From Flectonema sp. DT1601 (lineage: Eukaryota), in assembly GCA_964019425.1 (NCBI GenBank), contig OZ025797.1:372001-436000 (forward strand): 64,000 nt of DNA, read 5' to 3'. The notes beneath the pieces are model-generated. The model did no database searches. It was given only the letters and a program-made list of their open reading frames with translations, and was not told the origin of the DNA. Positions 20,601 through 30,573 of this stretch are shown piece by piece. The translations under genes were made by a program, and so were the position numbers. Numbering within the stretch: the first letter of the stretch is position 1; the number at the start of each line of letters is the position of its first letter.

Positions 20601-22010
20601 ACAATTAATCAACAAGATAATAATAATAATAATAATGACAACGATGATGATGATGATGATGATGTCAATAAAAACATGGTTAGACTTAGGCTTCCATCAG
20701 GCGCCGGAGATGTTGAGTATTTTAATGAAAAGAGAAATCAAATAATATCGGAGCTGTCGGATAAATCATCTTCTGAGAATGTTAACTTTCTTATTCAGCT
20801 GATATTAAAACAACGAAAACTAATTGTGGACATTGATTATCAACTTTCTAAAACATATAAAATACAAGAATTCCTTAGATACGATTCCCACAGACCTGCT
20901 CAGGAACGCAAACAAACCGGAGGTCGTTTTTTCGTAGGTCTCGGAAACGGTCCAACCGTTGAAAAGTATTTAAAATTTTCCGGAAAAATCTCAAATAAAC
21001 AAATGTCAAAAAAAGCAACGGATACCTGGCTTAGGAATTTCTGGTCATCAAAACAATTGGCTGATAAAAGAATGCAAGAGAAGAATAGAGTTAGAGTGGA
21101 ATTTCATGAGTTTTTATATGGTTACCTCGTTGCAGCAGCAGGACTTCAGGCAGTCGTTTGTGAAACTGCTTATAATGTTTTAGATTCTTGTAAGAGATAC
21201 CGACATAATCCAGAGTGTGCTCTCTTCCTACAAATCCAGACGAATAAACTTAGTGATGAAGCTTTCTACTACACAAAAGACCTTCTCGCTAAACTTGAAC
21301 ACTGGTTTGTGAAACTTGAGACTACAGAGTTAGCTTCAAAGTCAGAGAAAACAGTAGAAGCGAGACTCTTGAAATCTCAAACTACTGGATTTGTCTCAAA
21401 AAAATACGTCTTTCAAGAATTGCCATCAATATTTCCCTGCAAGACTAGCGATGATTTGTTGAAAATAAAATTGTGTTTCCAGGAGGAGAATCCGGGAAAA
21501 CAGATTTGCTATTCCAAACTATTCGACAGCTCTGGTCAATCAATGTGTATCTCAATAATTCGTGAACAGGTAATAAGAGAGTTACAAGATTATATTAAAG
21601 ATATCCAAGAAGCACTAATAGACGCTTCTGATGACGGCTGTAGTATCGTAGCATTTAGGGCTCAGATGGTATTACAAGAAGTTGATCCGTGTAAGTCATC
21701 AATTGGTGTTGAGAAAATGATGTCTTCTGGTCTCAATGTAACTGAAGATGATTTATCAAAAGATGATATCATGACGGGTTTCGTTAATATTTCTTCATTC
21801 TGTACATCTTTACTAAAAGGGTTTACAACAAGAGCAACAAACCCTGAAGATGTTCAAGGTATGTTATCAAAACGAGGACAGACTAGAACACTCGGACAGG
21901 CTGGAAGACAACGTCTTCGATCAATGCGATCAATGACGTCTCTTCTTCATGAAAAAAGAAACGATTCTCTTCCTTCATTTCCTGACCAACAACTGACTCC
22001 ACGAGGTTAG
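11638..22010 (+). CDS. TSNAXIP1: Translin-associated factor X-interacting protein 1-like, join(11638..12595,20404..22010)
   Basis: Exon 1 has a TSNAXIP1_N-like segment (RLSVFETALRLLGLHFTPYTELFDSIIREY) and a coiled coil. Donor CAG|GTATG at 12596 and acceptor CTAAATCAG| at 20403 join in phase 1 into an open frame (GTSKTLTPRPNW...) continuous with the 20577 ORF, which has FFVGLGNGPTVEKYLKFSGKISNKQMSK. Additional small exons inside the intron cannot be excluded. Confidence 0.75.
12981..12996 (+). other. Relict 3' portion of the euglenozoan spliced leader at the retroelement 5' end
   Basis: TTTCTGTACTTTATTG equals the last 16 nt of the diplonemid/Leishmania-type SL exon (...CAGTTTCTGTACTTTATTG, recalled from memory). 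It lies 3 nt inside the TSD. Confidence 0.85.
13054..14703 (+). CDS. Retrotransposon ORF1 (549 aa, no recognisable CCHC knuckle)
   Basis: First ATG at 13054 follows TTTCACAG. Low-complexity Thr/Ala/Pro flanks and an acidic end. Stop is TGA followed by CTAG. Confidence 0.8.
   Translation: MRDNLRRLVSEAMNLLKMVGDDGIPEYEKEKRVANLLMEVIQFVTGSEGGNPEMKRRRPDTPEVGGGTDATATATEATAPTAGSNQPTTEASTASNQQTTSAPKQSTFSFPLPVPSSTSTKQTTKGNAKASYPEWHVHGAWAGTVSTINYDVAANATNNLASGLVLVRSKQDWEALRQTKKSGRWAAISKVPLTKSTVPVAIPVIKKGGVCEIRRVFYTHICGEDFSKATSEIQHPTPDPVLFVQDWGKSSEKDLTIKTKELLKKKKINAAPFSYKRNDSHSSMAIRIPRNQVHKILEFNNNDPETDKPKNVFVRNPSWSNGSDVWPTLQFNNDLGFLAAKSKTSILEGFEGKFYLCKFKTCYGLRVHPDCNTEVRIKLSASLKPALPSGDRYIIKSMAIRKFSTAQISDFMKSSHNWEHTVVASFNKGGSTTIVAISNTQPPNFVSIGTNEYLVINKEVKKSDRKPLGPTYNPGDAAQKLTGTLKRQKTAPQPQQPTQLPHQTAAAPTPAPAPTPASAPPPTESAVKQEGDKNGDVEMEDDDSDFDLN
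14761..14811 (+). other. 2A-like StopGo (ribosome-skipping) peptide ARELLLQAGDVERNPG|P
   Basis: Exact D(V/I)ExNPGP consensus at 14788-14811 with the typical upstream LLLxAG. In frame with both ORF1 and ORF2. Confidence 0.92.
14809..18615 (+). CDS. Retrotransposon ORF2 polyprotein: APE endonuclease, reverse transcriptase, RNase H, C-terminal Zn knuckle; predicted to start at the 2A Pro
   Basis: APE: SWNCRS (upstream of Met 14854), LCLQET, NIYAPP, GDFNAHH, SPD, SDH. RT: KAAGPDG, FRPITLTS, QAGFR, DFTAAFD, GVPQGSILGP, YADD, KYLGV. RNase H: CDGS, AEQHAL, TDSKS, IPSHIG..DEVDALAK. Zn knuckle: CPFC..H...C. Confidence 0.95.
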   Translation, partial: PDDSLISLLSWNCRSMGNKGAYIHKLLNAYAPDVLCLQETWTKDVVSHTDYFTYRNDRATRGGGVITMVKKCHTQQRSDIVLPPHLNDVEVVKVNIGGKIDILNIYAPPGCKIRKSDLPVSTKAIVAGDFNAHHPVWSSKSTPAGSTLHEWAAHNDLLVANKMGSITRPFPNIPGGGTSPDVVFFQNSMILEEFSVIREDNKHGSDHRPLYTVLDPMCQLTRATIGSKKRVVWDFKSTDWNCFGNMLDKRIRKSKLSNDATANAKLFNNILHEVAAKFIRRRVLFKGKRRRKWKTSTPDSTKSKGVHLRDQLDKGNNFAFAFKKIKELQQDAGKDISVNNISDCDLPSAFLDLFVSKSEILSLEAPALSEGDNEIDICCDFTMAEIKAAIKNLKTRKAAGPDGVHNEMIKNFTPATVEYLLRIINTSWKTSKVPYQWKQGLIKPMFKAGKPRNELKSFRPITLTSVVGKLAERLVYDRLMHWLTKHSSLSPLQAGFRRGRNTCEQITVLVDAVVRMHMKRKRSVFLSFDFTAAFDRINHKILLLKLVKMGVPNVIIRWITDFLTNRKVRVEANGYLSEFRTLAKGVPQGSILGPLLYLIYVDDLCKILELEKETTTSALYADDTACVVSGHNMEEALSNAQIILDKVDQWCSDNDMALSVSKTCALKMKVRTKDTILNDTCNRELLFSRSVVENVIKMDYSDIEKSINLNSSRPMLQSGETILEVDGTPIKTQDELDNVMLRNIVLENNVMVVKARFKTAFLLPIVDSVKYLGVHIDDRLTFHKQVAKIHEELKKGISLLQCLQPYDLDYKTLNMVKNLYVTARISYALDSFGWLISNSVDSIDFELRKVARLVTGCSRCTPRELLLWEADMLPFKRQIEKQTKIAYYRYKAMTWIPSTNRLASTQSYWAGLLPGIDSQRESQCLVQPDSMEPWVSPTNLRISNGCGFPKSANPAVDKEKFMSYIGTLPPVDMLINCDGSYSASGAAGAAHIAKSRSGLRSAYASRLYQADCSYRAEQHALKNAARHLRTVFSKDPSMRSVRLFTDSKSLLDELLGGRCRQRNTESLKILEYLRMCEMKVHLQFIPSHIGIEFHDEVDALAKEAAHNKNIRPVLVKGTYFSRSSHVKRCIKKDLLNVSGYTCYKHLIGGRSVKYPPGMERADEIRIANFRTGCHPLIQNWRKNIDCPFCGEPSSQVHLLQGCQSPKLDSARFKILGFSTLTGKWDRDRELIIANEIPNLEALFTLAWLPSLALIIRWMEQTSNLRLWK
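19115..19313 (+). mobile_element. Second, 5'-truncated copy of the retrotransposon 3' end with its own poly(A)
   Basis: Repeats 18914-19103 with a few differences (TTAAACCAAAAG vs TTAAGTTAAAAG; GTATAAAAG vs GTATTAAAG) and a longer poly(A). Flanked by ACCTTGCCCATT at 19103-19114 and 19314-19325. Confidence 0.8.
19331..19424 (+). tRNA. Atypical tRNA-like gene (94 nt; anticodon not assignable)
   Basis: 7-bp acceptor stem GCGCCCG/CGGGTGC, A box TGGTGTAATGG, perfect T arm CCAGG-TTCGATT-CCTGG (B box) and TTTT just downstream. The central part does not form a canonical anticodon arm. Confidence 0.6.
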
Positions 22011-23126
22011 TTTATTTGTTGCACTTATTTCAATTTTTGTTATGTTCCCATTGAAACCACAGCTGCATTCCTGCTTGCTTGTGGATCGATGCCTTTTTGC
22101 TCGTAATCTTTAAAATATGTTGTTGTTTAAGTCTTAGTACTACTTTATTTTCATCAGCTGTAAAAAAAAAAAGTAATGTCGTTACCTGTTGTGTCTGTAC
22201 CACTTGCCTATTTTTAAATGCCTTTCTATTACAGCATTCGCCATAAATATAACTCAGCACCACTGGTTGACTACTAAATTGATGTGGTCCTTGCTGAGAA
22301 GGGCAAACACGATAAGTAGGACACGCCTGACACCGCAGTGTCTCCCCTTATTTTCTTCGCTGAGGAGGGTATTGGTAGGGGAAATGGTCCTGAGAATTTT
22401 CTTTAAAGTTTAGCCCGAAACCCAACTATTGTTTGTTTGTTGTCCCTGAAGGATGTTTTGATTGACTTGATTAACAATATTTCCTTTATAACAATAGAAG
22501 ACATACACAAAAAAAAAAAAAATGGTACTTCCTCAAACCGTATTCAAAAGACAAGATGCTTCTACCTGTGTGCAGAAATCTTATCAAGGTACGTAATAGT
22601 GAAGTTCTTTTACAGTGTGTGACTTGATGTGTGACTTAAGGAAAAAAAAAAAAAAAAACACGCACACCTTCACAGACGGTTCTGCAGGGTTGCTGCAGTC
22701 CATATCTGAGGGGTTCCGCAACGGTACTTGCAGTAGAGATGGTTATACGTATGTGGTGTTGCTTTGTACGTCCCGTGATATCCAACTAAGTACTTCGGGG
22801 AAGGAAAAAAAAAAAAAACAGAATGGAAAAAACTCTCAGCTCCGTTTGGACAAAGTAAACAAGCCACTTACACAAGACTTTCTGACAAGTGTCTCTTCAC
22901 CACACTACTACTACTTACACGAGGTGTAGTAATTCTGAAATTTTGAAAACGATTTTCCGAGTGAAGGTTTTCGTTACGATCTTCAATTTAAAATATTATT
23001 TTCATTACATCACCGACTACGATATGAACCTGACGCTTAATGTGAGATCTTTCAGTCTTCTAATTGATAACATTGAAAGAAGAATCTTTTTTTTAATGAT
23101 CATTACCCCACCAGTGACATTGTGAC

Positions 23127-25337
23127 ATGGCTGACGACTGGAAGAAGACGTTCGCGTCTCCTCCAGGAGAGGGGTACGTTGGGTATTTTGTTGTGGAAGA
23201 GGGCGACAACATCGGAGAGCATTTAGGAGCGAAGTACCCATTTGGAATGGGAGTTTGGGGTATCGGAAGGGCAAAGGGAATGGCAATTCGATTTAAGGGA
23301 AAGATGGGAATATCTGAACACCACGCAGACTTAGAAGTTACTAAAAGTGGTATTAACTTAGTTGATAAGAAGAGTAGAAATGGTACTTTTATGTACGATC
23401 CTAAATCAGAAGAACCTGAGACGGCAGACGCAACAAAATTACTACCTGGTCGTCAATATCCACTTATTGATGGTGCTGTTGTTAATTTTGGAAGATTTAC
23501 TCTCTCATTACATCTCTACCCACAGCAACCAATTGTATCACAAAGTATTGAGGTTCCTGAACCTTCTGATGTAGTCGCAAAACAATTATTAGCATCTGAT
23601 GACGAAGACGAGCTGGAAGATGAAAGAGCGCAATCACCAGAAAGTTGTGACATCCCTCCTCCTCCAGTATCACGTGCTGCAAAAGCTAAAGCAATAATGG
23701 AAAAACAAAATAAAGAACAACAACATCAAACATCTAATACCAAGGATACATTAAACGACGCTTCAGATGATGAACCTCCCCCTCCAGTAAACAGAGCAGC
23801 GAAAATGGCTGCTATTCAAAAGAAGAAAAATGAAAATACCGCAGCAGATGATGATGAGGATGATGCTCCTCCTCCTAAAAGAGAATCGAAATCTCATCTT
23901 CCGAAATTTGAACCGTCTACTCTGGTGACAGAACCTTCTGAAGGATCACTAACAAGTATTAGTTCTCCTAAAGGAGGTACAGAAATAGTAAACACTTCTG
24001 GTGATACTTCTGATGAAGAACCTCCTCCACCTCGTATGCCTAGTAAGAGACCTCCATCACTTTCTGAACAAGTGAAGACACCATCAATCTTATCATCTGA
24101 TGTCGTCAAACATTCTTCGAAAGAACCTTCACTCGAAGTTGAAGAAGAAGACAAACCTGTTCCAAAGAAATCTAGAGGTGACATCTTAAAGGAAAAAATG
24201 GCAAGAAGACAAGATCCAGTTAGCAATACGGAATCTGAAGCAAAAGAAGAGGCTGACGATGAATCGAAACGGGAAGAAGTTGCTGGCAAACCGGAAAAAG
24301 AAATGCAACTTGACAAACCTGCTGAAGATGAGCCAAAGCAAAAGAAGAAATCGAAATCGGGTGATTCATGTGAAGAACCGACTGATATTAAAAAAGCAAA
24401 GACAGAAGAACCAGCACACACTCCAGCAAACACTAAGTCAAACCCAACCAAAGCAGAAGACTCTGAAGAGTCCTTGCAACAACCAGCTTCGATCAAAGCC
24501 GTAGGCAAAAAATCACCTGCGAAGTTCAAAAAACCGTCAAGCAGCGAAAGCGAGAATGAGCCCCCGAGAAACGTTGCAAAGAAGAAATTCTCTAAAAAAA
24601 AAAAACCAACAAGCGATTCTGACTCGGAGCAACCAGTATCCAAGAAAACTGATAAGAAAGTTGCGAAGAAACCTTCAAAAAGTCAACCAGAAAGTGATTC
24701 TGACAGCTCCGGGTCGAAGCGACCAGCACCTAAGAAAACCAATAAGAAGAAAGCTACAAAGAAACCTTCAAAAAGTCAACCAGAAAGTGATTCTGACAGC
24801 TCAGAACCAGAGAAGCCTAAAAAAGCAACGAAGAAGAAAGCTGCTAAGAAACCAGCGAAGAAGAAGGTTGCAAAACCTGCAAGTGACTCGGACTCATCTG
24901 AACCACAGAAACCTGCAAAGAAGAAACAAAAGAGACCTACAGACACTGATGACAGTGATTCTCATGAGAATACGAAGAAAAAAACTAAACCAGATGACAG
25001 TGACAGTGACAGTGACTCCTCTTCTTCGTCAAGCCGAGTAATAAGAGGACGTAAGAAAGTTGTAAAAAAGAAACCGACATCATCAGCAACTTGGTTCTTT
25101 ATGTCTGACCTCCGTAAAAAAAAAGGAGGAATTCCAAAGAAGGATGAAAAATCTGCCTGGACTGCATATTCAAAGTCTGATTCAAAAACAATTGAAACAG
25201 CATTCGTCAACAAGAAGAAGAAGGTTAACTTAAAAGCTGGTGACAATGAATACTACATTGTATTTGAAGACTTAATTCAGTATCGCAAGGATGATGATAA
25301 CTTACAGAGGCCAGTCATGCGTAGTGATCCTGCGTAG
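23127..25337 (+). CDS. FHA-domain protein with long Lys/Ser/Asp-rich disordered region and C-terminal WWE domain
   Basis: FHA: IGR..ISEHHA..LVDKKSRNGTF..L.DGAVVNFG. WWE: WFFM..WTAYSKSDSKTIETAF..YYIVFEDLIQY..QRPVMR. Confidence 0.8.
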   Translation: MADDWKKTFASPPGEGYVGYFVVEEGDNIGEHLGAKYPFGMGVWGIGRAKGMAIRFKGKMGISEHHADLEVTKSGINLVDKKSRNGTFMYDPKSEEPETADATKLLPGRQYPLIDGAVVNFGRFTLSLHLYPQQPIVSQSIEVPEPSDVVAKQLLASDDEDELEDERAQSPESCDIPPPPVSRAAKAKAIMEKQNKEQQHQTSNTKDTLNDASDDEPPPPVNRAAKMAAIQKKKNENTAADDDEDDAPPPKRESKSHLPKFEPSTLVTEPSEGSLTSISSPKGGTEIVNTSGDTSDEEPPPPRMPSKRPPSLSEQVKTPSILSSDVVKHSSKEPSLEVEEEDKPVPKKSRGDILKEKMARRQDPVSNTESEAKEEADDESKREEVAGKPEKEMQLDKPAEDEPKQKKKSKSGDSCEEPTDIKKAKTEEPAHTPANTKSNPTKAEDSEESLQQPASIKAVGKKSPAKFKKPSSSESENEPPRNVAKKKFSKKKKPTSDSDSEQPVSKKTDKKVAKKPSKSQPESDSDSSGSKRPAPKKTNKKKATKKPSKSQPESDSDSSEPEKPKKATKKKAAKKPAKKKVAKPASDSDSSEPQKPAKKKQKRPTDTDDSDSHENTKKKTKPDDSDSDSDSSSSSSRVIRGRKKVVKKKPTSSATWFFMSDLRKKKGGIPKKDEKSAWTAYSKSDSKTIETAFVNKKKKVNLKAGDNEYYIVFEDLIQYRKDDDNLQRPVMRSDPA

Positions 25338-25877
25338 TGATCTTTTATTTATTTATTTTAAATGTTAAAAAGACTGGTTGTAATGATATGAAACTCCAGT
25401 CAACTCAAGAAAGAGTAACAAAAAAAAAAACTATGAAAAAGAAAAACTTGTTATCTTGTCTTCTGTGTAACAAAAGATTTCTACCCAATTAGTGATTGTA
25501 AGATTCTTGTTAGTTTTGCTTTTTATTTTTTATAACTGAAAACGAACAAAATATGAATAAACTGCTGACATCTTTTTTTTAATTTCTTTTTTTTATTGTT
25601 GTTCATGCAGCTGTCACACTGATTGGTGTTCCCTACCCTTAGCCTATTTGTATCGTTTCCTGCGATTGCTGTTTTTATTGTTCAACAAGTAAACCTATTT
25701 GTAATACTGAATGGAAATGGATTAATAAGATTAACAAGTATTTATTTCTTCAATCAAGGAAACAACAAAACAACAAAGAAGAAATTGTAGCATGCGACTT
25801 GTAGTTATTTCATATCAATTTTATTTTCTTTTGTTGTGTAGGTGATTACAACTCCGAAAAGTAATTAAGAAAATAAA

Positions 25878-27596
25878 ATGCGACCTCTGCTTTGGTTATT
25901 AGTATTCGCATCACTGATCTCTTCCTCAAATGCAGTTCAGATTGAGACTAGAGTTTTTACTGCGGAGTTTTCAGCGAGTGATGAAAACTTTAATATGTAT
26001 GTTGAGCTTCAGAACAGTGGGGACGTAATCTTTGCGGGATTGACTGGCCAAGTCTTCGGAACACGCGATTCAACTGTGACAGTGAGCACTGACCCATCAC
26101 TGCTTTCACCGTCGATAAACCCGCTTCAAATAAGTAGAATTCTTATTCGGCCTACTCTCGAGGGTCGCTCAGAAGACGGTGACGGACTAACTATTCGTAG
26201 TACAATAGAACTATTAACACCAGGTGTGAGACAAGGTAGAATTCCATTCACATGTTATTACCACAATCAGGGAGTACTGAATCCTGCAGTACTTCCAACT
26301 GTTATCATTGACTACTTCCATTCAGCAACTGATTCATTTGCTGAATGTTTTTCTCCATACACAATAACGGAAACTGCATCATTAACTGTAACGAAATCCT
26401 TAACTGTTCCACTTGATTATGCCCTTCCAGAGTTTGCTGTTGACGAAGGCTCAGCACTCGAAGGGTCGCAGTCGGAACCTGCGGTCGCTTCCTTCGCTGA
26501 TGGCGGAGTTGTTGTTTGTTGGACTTCTCAAAATCATGAGTTAATGAGAAGATATGAATTTAATATATTTTGCTTAATGTTTGATGTGACAGGAGCAGAG
26601 CAAGGATCTAAATTTCAAATTAACTCCAACACTTTGGGAACACAGCAGTCTCCTTCAGTAGCTGTCCTTCAAGGGAATTCTATTGTTGTTGTATGGAACA
26701 GTGACCACCTGTCGGGTCACAACGTTATTTCTCGTCAGTTTGACAACGGAGTTGCGAATGCTGAAGGAGAAGTGATTCACAGTGCCCATCTCGCTTCAGG
26801 AAAGAAGACATTGCCTGATGTCGCCAGCATCCCTTCAACTAATTATTTTGTTATCTGTTGGCAATCTTTTGGCAGTGACGGTTCATATTTCGGAGTTTAT
26901 GCTGTTCGTCATTCTGTAGGTGAGAGTAGCGTTCCGTTTCTGGTAAACACCGCGACGCAGTGGGATCAGACGGATGCAAAGGTTGCTTGCTTCACTGACG
27001 GTGGGTATGTAATTACTTGGGGGAGTTATACTACTGGCACTGCTAGTGACATATTCATGAAGAGATACAACGCATTGGATGTTGCTCAAACTCCTTCGGA
27101 TGAAAAGGTAAACTCGGATGACGCGAATACCGAACGTGCTCCAGCGATTGCGAGATTCTCTGACAACACATTCATGATTGTGTGGGTTAGGATTACTACT
27201 ACTGATTCGACATTATGGGCAGCAACATTTGATGCAACAGGTTCTCAGGTTGTAACTGAATTCCGTGTTGACACCGATGTCGGTCTTCGAGTTCGCAACT
27301 GTGACATCGTAACTTTGAATGATGACACAGTTCTTATTACTTGGGGAGCATCAAACGCTGCTGGTACTAGTTTCGGAACATATGCTCGTCGCTTCACTCG
27401 AATTGTTAGTGTTTTGCCTGCGGAATACCAGAATCAGTTTCTTATTAATGAAAACACTGCAGGAGAGAAACTAAAACCCAAAGTTGAGAAGTTTGGTCCT
27501 TGGGGATTCTTCATCACGTGGCAAACTACTGATCCGAATTCTGAAAGTGACGTTACTGGAAAATGGTACCCCGAATATAAACCAATTCTTTTTTAG
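25878..27596 (+). CDS. Secreted repeat-domain protein, paralog 1 (572 aa)
   Basis: Signal peptide MRPLLWLLVFASLISSSNA. C-terminal repeats of type F.VN...Q..P.VA...G..VV.W. Confidence 0.85.
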   Translation: MRPLLWLLVFASLISSSNAVQIETRVFTAEFSASDENFNMYVELQNSGDVIFAGLTGQVFGTRDSTVTVSTDPSLLSPSINPLQISRILIRPTLEGRSEDGDGLTIRSTIELLTPGVRQGRIPFTCYYHNQGVLNPAVLPTVIIDYFHSATDSFAECFSPYTITETASLTVTKSLTVPLDYALPEFAVDEGSALEGSQSEPAVASFADGGVVVCWTSQNHELMRRYEFNIFCLMFDVTGAEQGSKFQINSNTLGTQQSPSVAVLQGNSIVVVWNSDHLSGHNVISRQFDNGVANAEGEVIHSAHLASGKKTLPDVASIPSTNYFVICWQSFGSDGSYFGVYAVRHSVGESSVPFLVNTATQWDQTDAKVACFTDGGYVITWGSYTTGTASDIFMKRYNALDVAQTPSDEKVNSDDANTERAPAIARFSDNTFMIVWVRITTTDSTLWAATFDATGSQVVTEFRVDTDVGLRVRNCDIVTLNDDTVLITWGASNAAGTSFGTYARRFTRIVSVLPAEYQNQFLINENTAGEKLKPKVEKFGPWGFFITWQTTDPNSESDVTGKWYPEYKPILF

Positions 27597-28651
27597 TTTC
27601 TTTTTTCAATTTATTTCTTATTGATTTTCAAGAACATAATTGAAACGAGGAGTCATTCATTCAGTTATCTCAAGGCGAATAGTGTTTTTATAATGGTGGT
27701 TAAGATTTTTTCTTTTTTTTGAATTCTTTTTTTCCCCCCAACTGTATAAAGTCGACCACCTTTTATGCTATTGAGTAAACTAGCTGGATTTGCCTCTTGA
27801 CGGATATCCTAGAGAACTGTACTTTAAGGTCTGTTTCAGTTCTACTTGCGCTGCTTCCCATGTTCCCCTTACCTCTGCTTAGTATTATTTTTTGTTGCTG
27901 TTGTTGTTGTTGTTGTTGTTGTTGTTTTTCTGGGTGATGCTTTCACTTGATTAATCTCTCTTTTTATATTGTAAGAAAACTTGTCTTTTGTTTGCAATGT
28001 AAAAAAAAAAAAAACGAGAAATAATAAAACGAGTGTGTCGCTTAAGCATCTTCAATTTGCGATGCTTGTTATTAAAGTTGAGAGTAAGTGTAAATTTGTT
28101 TTCGTTGTTGTTTTCGCTTCGGCTGATACTACATTGCTGAGAAAACTACTATTTTATTTTGTGGTATAACCCCTACCAACAATCGATTTTTTTTTTTCTT
28201 TGCGAAAAGTAAAGAATCCTTTAGACAAATACAAATATCTTTTTTTTCGATATTAATTTTGTTTTATAAATACCTAAAATTGTTACTGTTTTTACATAAT
28301 CGAAATATCAACTTCCCCCTCTGCCCTTGTGACAGTACTTTTATTGTTTTCCGTATTCTTCCCAGATAGATCTTTTCATATCTTATCAAATTACCCCCCA
28401 GTCCAATTAATATAATTGTTAAGGAATTATTTATTTATTGACAAACTATGATGAAATCAACTCTCTGCTGTAATCCATTGTGCCCTGGTTTTGGTTTCTC
28501 AAGGCTCGCGGTCGATTCCGTACTGCACTGAATGACAAGACATTCTTTTACGATATTTGCAGAGTGTTTAACTTTAGTCAGCTGCGTCATAAATTACTAA
28601 TTGTTTATATTTATTAACTTTTCATGCAATGCAACCTCAAATAAAGTATCA

Positions 28652-28962
28652 GTTCACCATGGGTTCACCATGGGTTCACTATGGGTTCACCATGGGTTCA
28701 CCATGGGTTCACTATGGGTTCACCATGGGTTCACCATGGGTTCACCATGGGTTCACCATGGGTTCACCATGGGTTCACCATGGGTTCACCATGGGTTCAC
28801 CATGGGTTCACTATGGGTTCACCATGGGTTCACCATGGGTTCACCATGGGTTCACCATGGGTTCACCATGGGTTCACTATGGGTTCACCATGGGTTCACC
28901 ATGGGTTCACCATGGGTTCACCATGGGTTCACCATGGGTTCACCATGGGTTCACCATGGGTT
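28652..28962. repeat. 11-bp minisatellite (CCATGGGTTCA) x ~28
   Basis: Tandem units read directly; four CTATGGGTTCA variants. Confidence 0.97.
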
Positions 28963-30573
28963 AACTGAGTTACCTCAACAGTGTTGGTGGGAGTATGGAT
29001 TACTCTCGAAAAAGGTGTTGTTGAAATCTTTTTCTTTCTTTTCTCGTCCCTTATAATTCTTTGGCAGTGAAAGCTTCACGTCACAAGATAGAGCTTAATG
29101 TAAGTGTTGCTGCAGTTGGTAGTTTCTGTTTTAGTGTCGTACGGCTGGTGCGGCTTTTCCGTTTCCTTTCCCTTCAGTTTCACGGACTGGTGCGATATGT
29201 CTCGATAAAAGTTTAGTTCTGTTCTTCTTTAACCTTTGTACTGTGGGGGTTCCCCCACTTGTGCGTGCTACGAACTTTGTTTAATATGATCCAATTCGTG
29301 CAGTTGTATTTTACAAATTCAAACATTCAACCCTACGTGTATGTTACGTTCCGGTAAATGATATCTTTTTTCGCCACAAGGCGTGGGACGTTTAACCTGT
29401 AGCACGTGGCCTTTCCGAATCCCCTTTCTCGACATTTATGGGATTTTATCGATACCAACTGTTGGTATTTACAATCTAGTAACCAGGTTTGGCCGAACCT
29501 ATTTTAGTTTTAGCCAGTTCGGGTTCCTTAATATTGATTACAATATCAAGTTGCTCTTCCTTTTTATTTTCTAATTTTTTTTTTATTCGGTCTTGCAGAC
29601 GTGATGTGGTGTTCTTCACTGAGTGGTCATCACGAACTTTTCAAAAAAAAAAAAAAAAAAGAACTTTCTACCAGTTTTTTTTGAGAAAGAAGAAATTAGT
29701 TTGGATTGCTTTCACGCAAAGAGACTAACCCAGTCGCTCCACCAGGTCCTCGGGTATTCCTTGTTGCTGCACGTCGAGACAACGATCGAGAGAAATTATT
29801 TCGCATTCGTGTATTTTAGAATTCTGAGAGTCTAAGAACAGAGTTTCCATTTTATATTACGAAAAAAAAAAAAAAAAAAACAGCAACCAGCAAACAAAAA
29901 ACAAAAATGATTAAATCATATGAGTCTCACCGAAAGTCAGACTAAACAATTAGTCTAGACTCATCGTTTAGTTTGCCTTTAATCCAACTGAGAGGTTTAC
30001 TCTCCATCATGTATTTTGTTAATAAATAAAATTAAAAAACAAACCAAGCAAGCAAGAAATCGAAAAGTCAGTATTAACTACTGCAATCGAAGATTCTCCG
30101 AGAGTAAGTCTTTTATTAGGACCATCTCTTTGTGATTACTTTCTACTAATCAAAAAAGAAAAAGTGATATGAATTATCCGTTTATTGAGATAAGAGCAGG
30201 CGATACACTCTCCTGTCGAATTCAAGTCTCTCTGGACCCATGATAATATGATTGGGATTATGTGTGTGATAGCGTCCTCAAAGTAATGAGCCTGCAATCA
30301 ATTCTTTTTAATGAGAACATAAATTATTAAATTCCAACTCAAATATTTCTGAAAACACAAATGTTTATTTTATATTAATTTTATTGTTGGAATTAAAGGG
30401 TTTTCTCATGAAGTTTTTATTATTATTTCATTCGTGTTGTCGTTCTCTCTTTTATTGTTCTTTTCTAGACGATAGCGAGCTTCACTCGCAATTTATTTTA
30501 TAATGTTTTCCCACAACCCTTTTCTGTTTTGTTTATATTTCTGTCAGAGTTGTTGTCAGCCCAATTTAATTAA

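Noticed and set aside
23894..24643. 249-aa minus-strand ORF (and similar antisense ORFs inside other genes)
   Set aside because: Shadow frames of low-complexity + strand coding sequence.
28601..29056. ORFs of repeated MGSPWVHHGFT, or a CRISPR-like array
   Set aside because: Translation artefacts of an 11-bp tandem repeat with no unique spacers.
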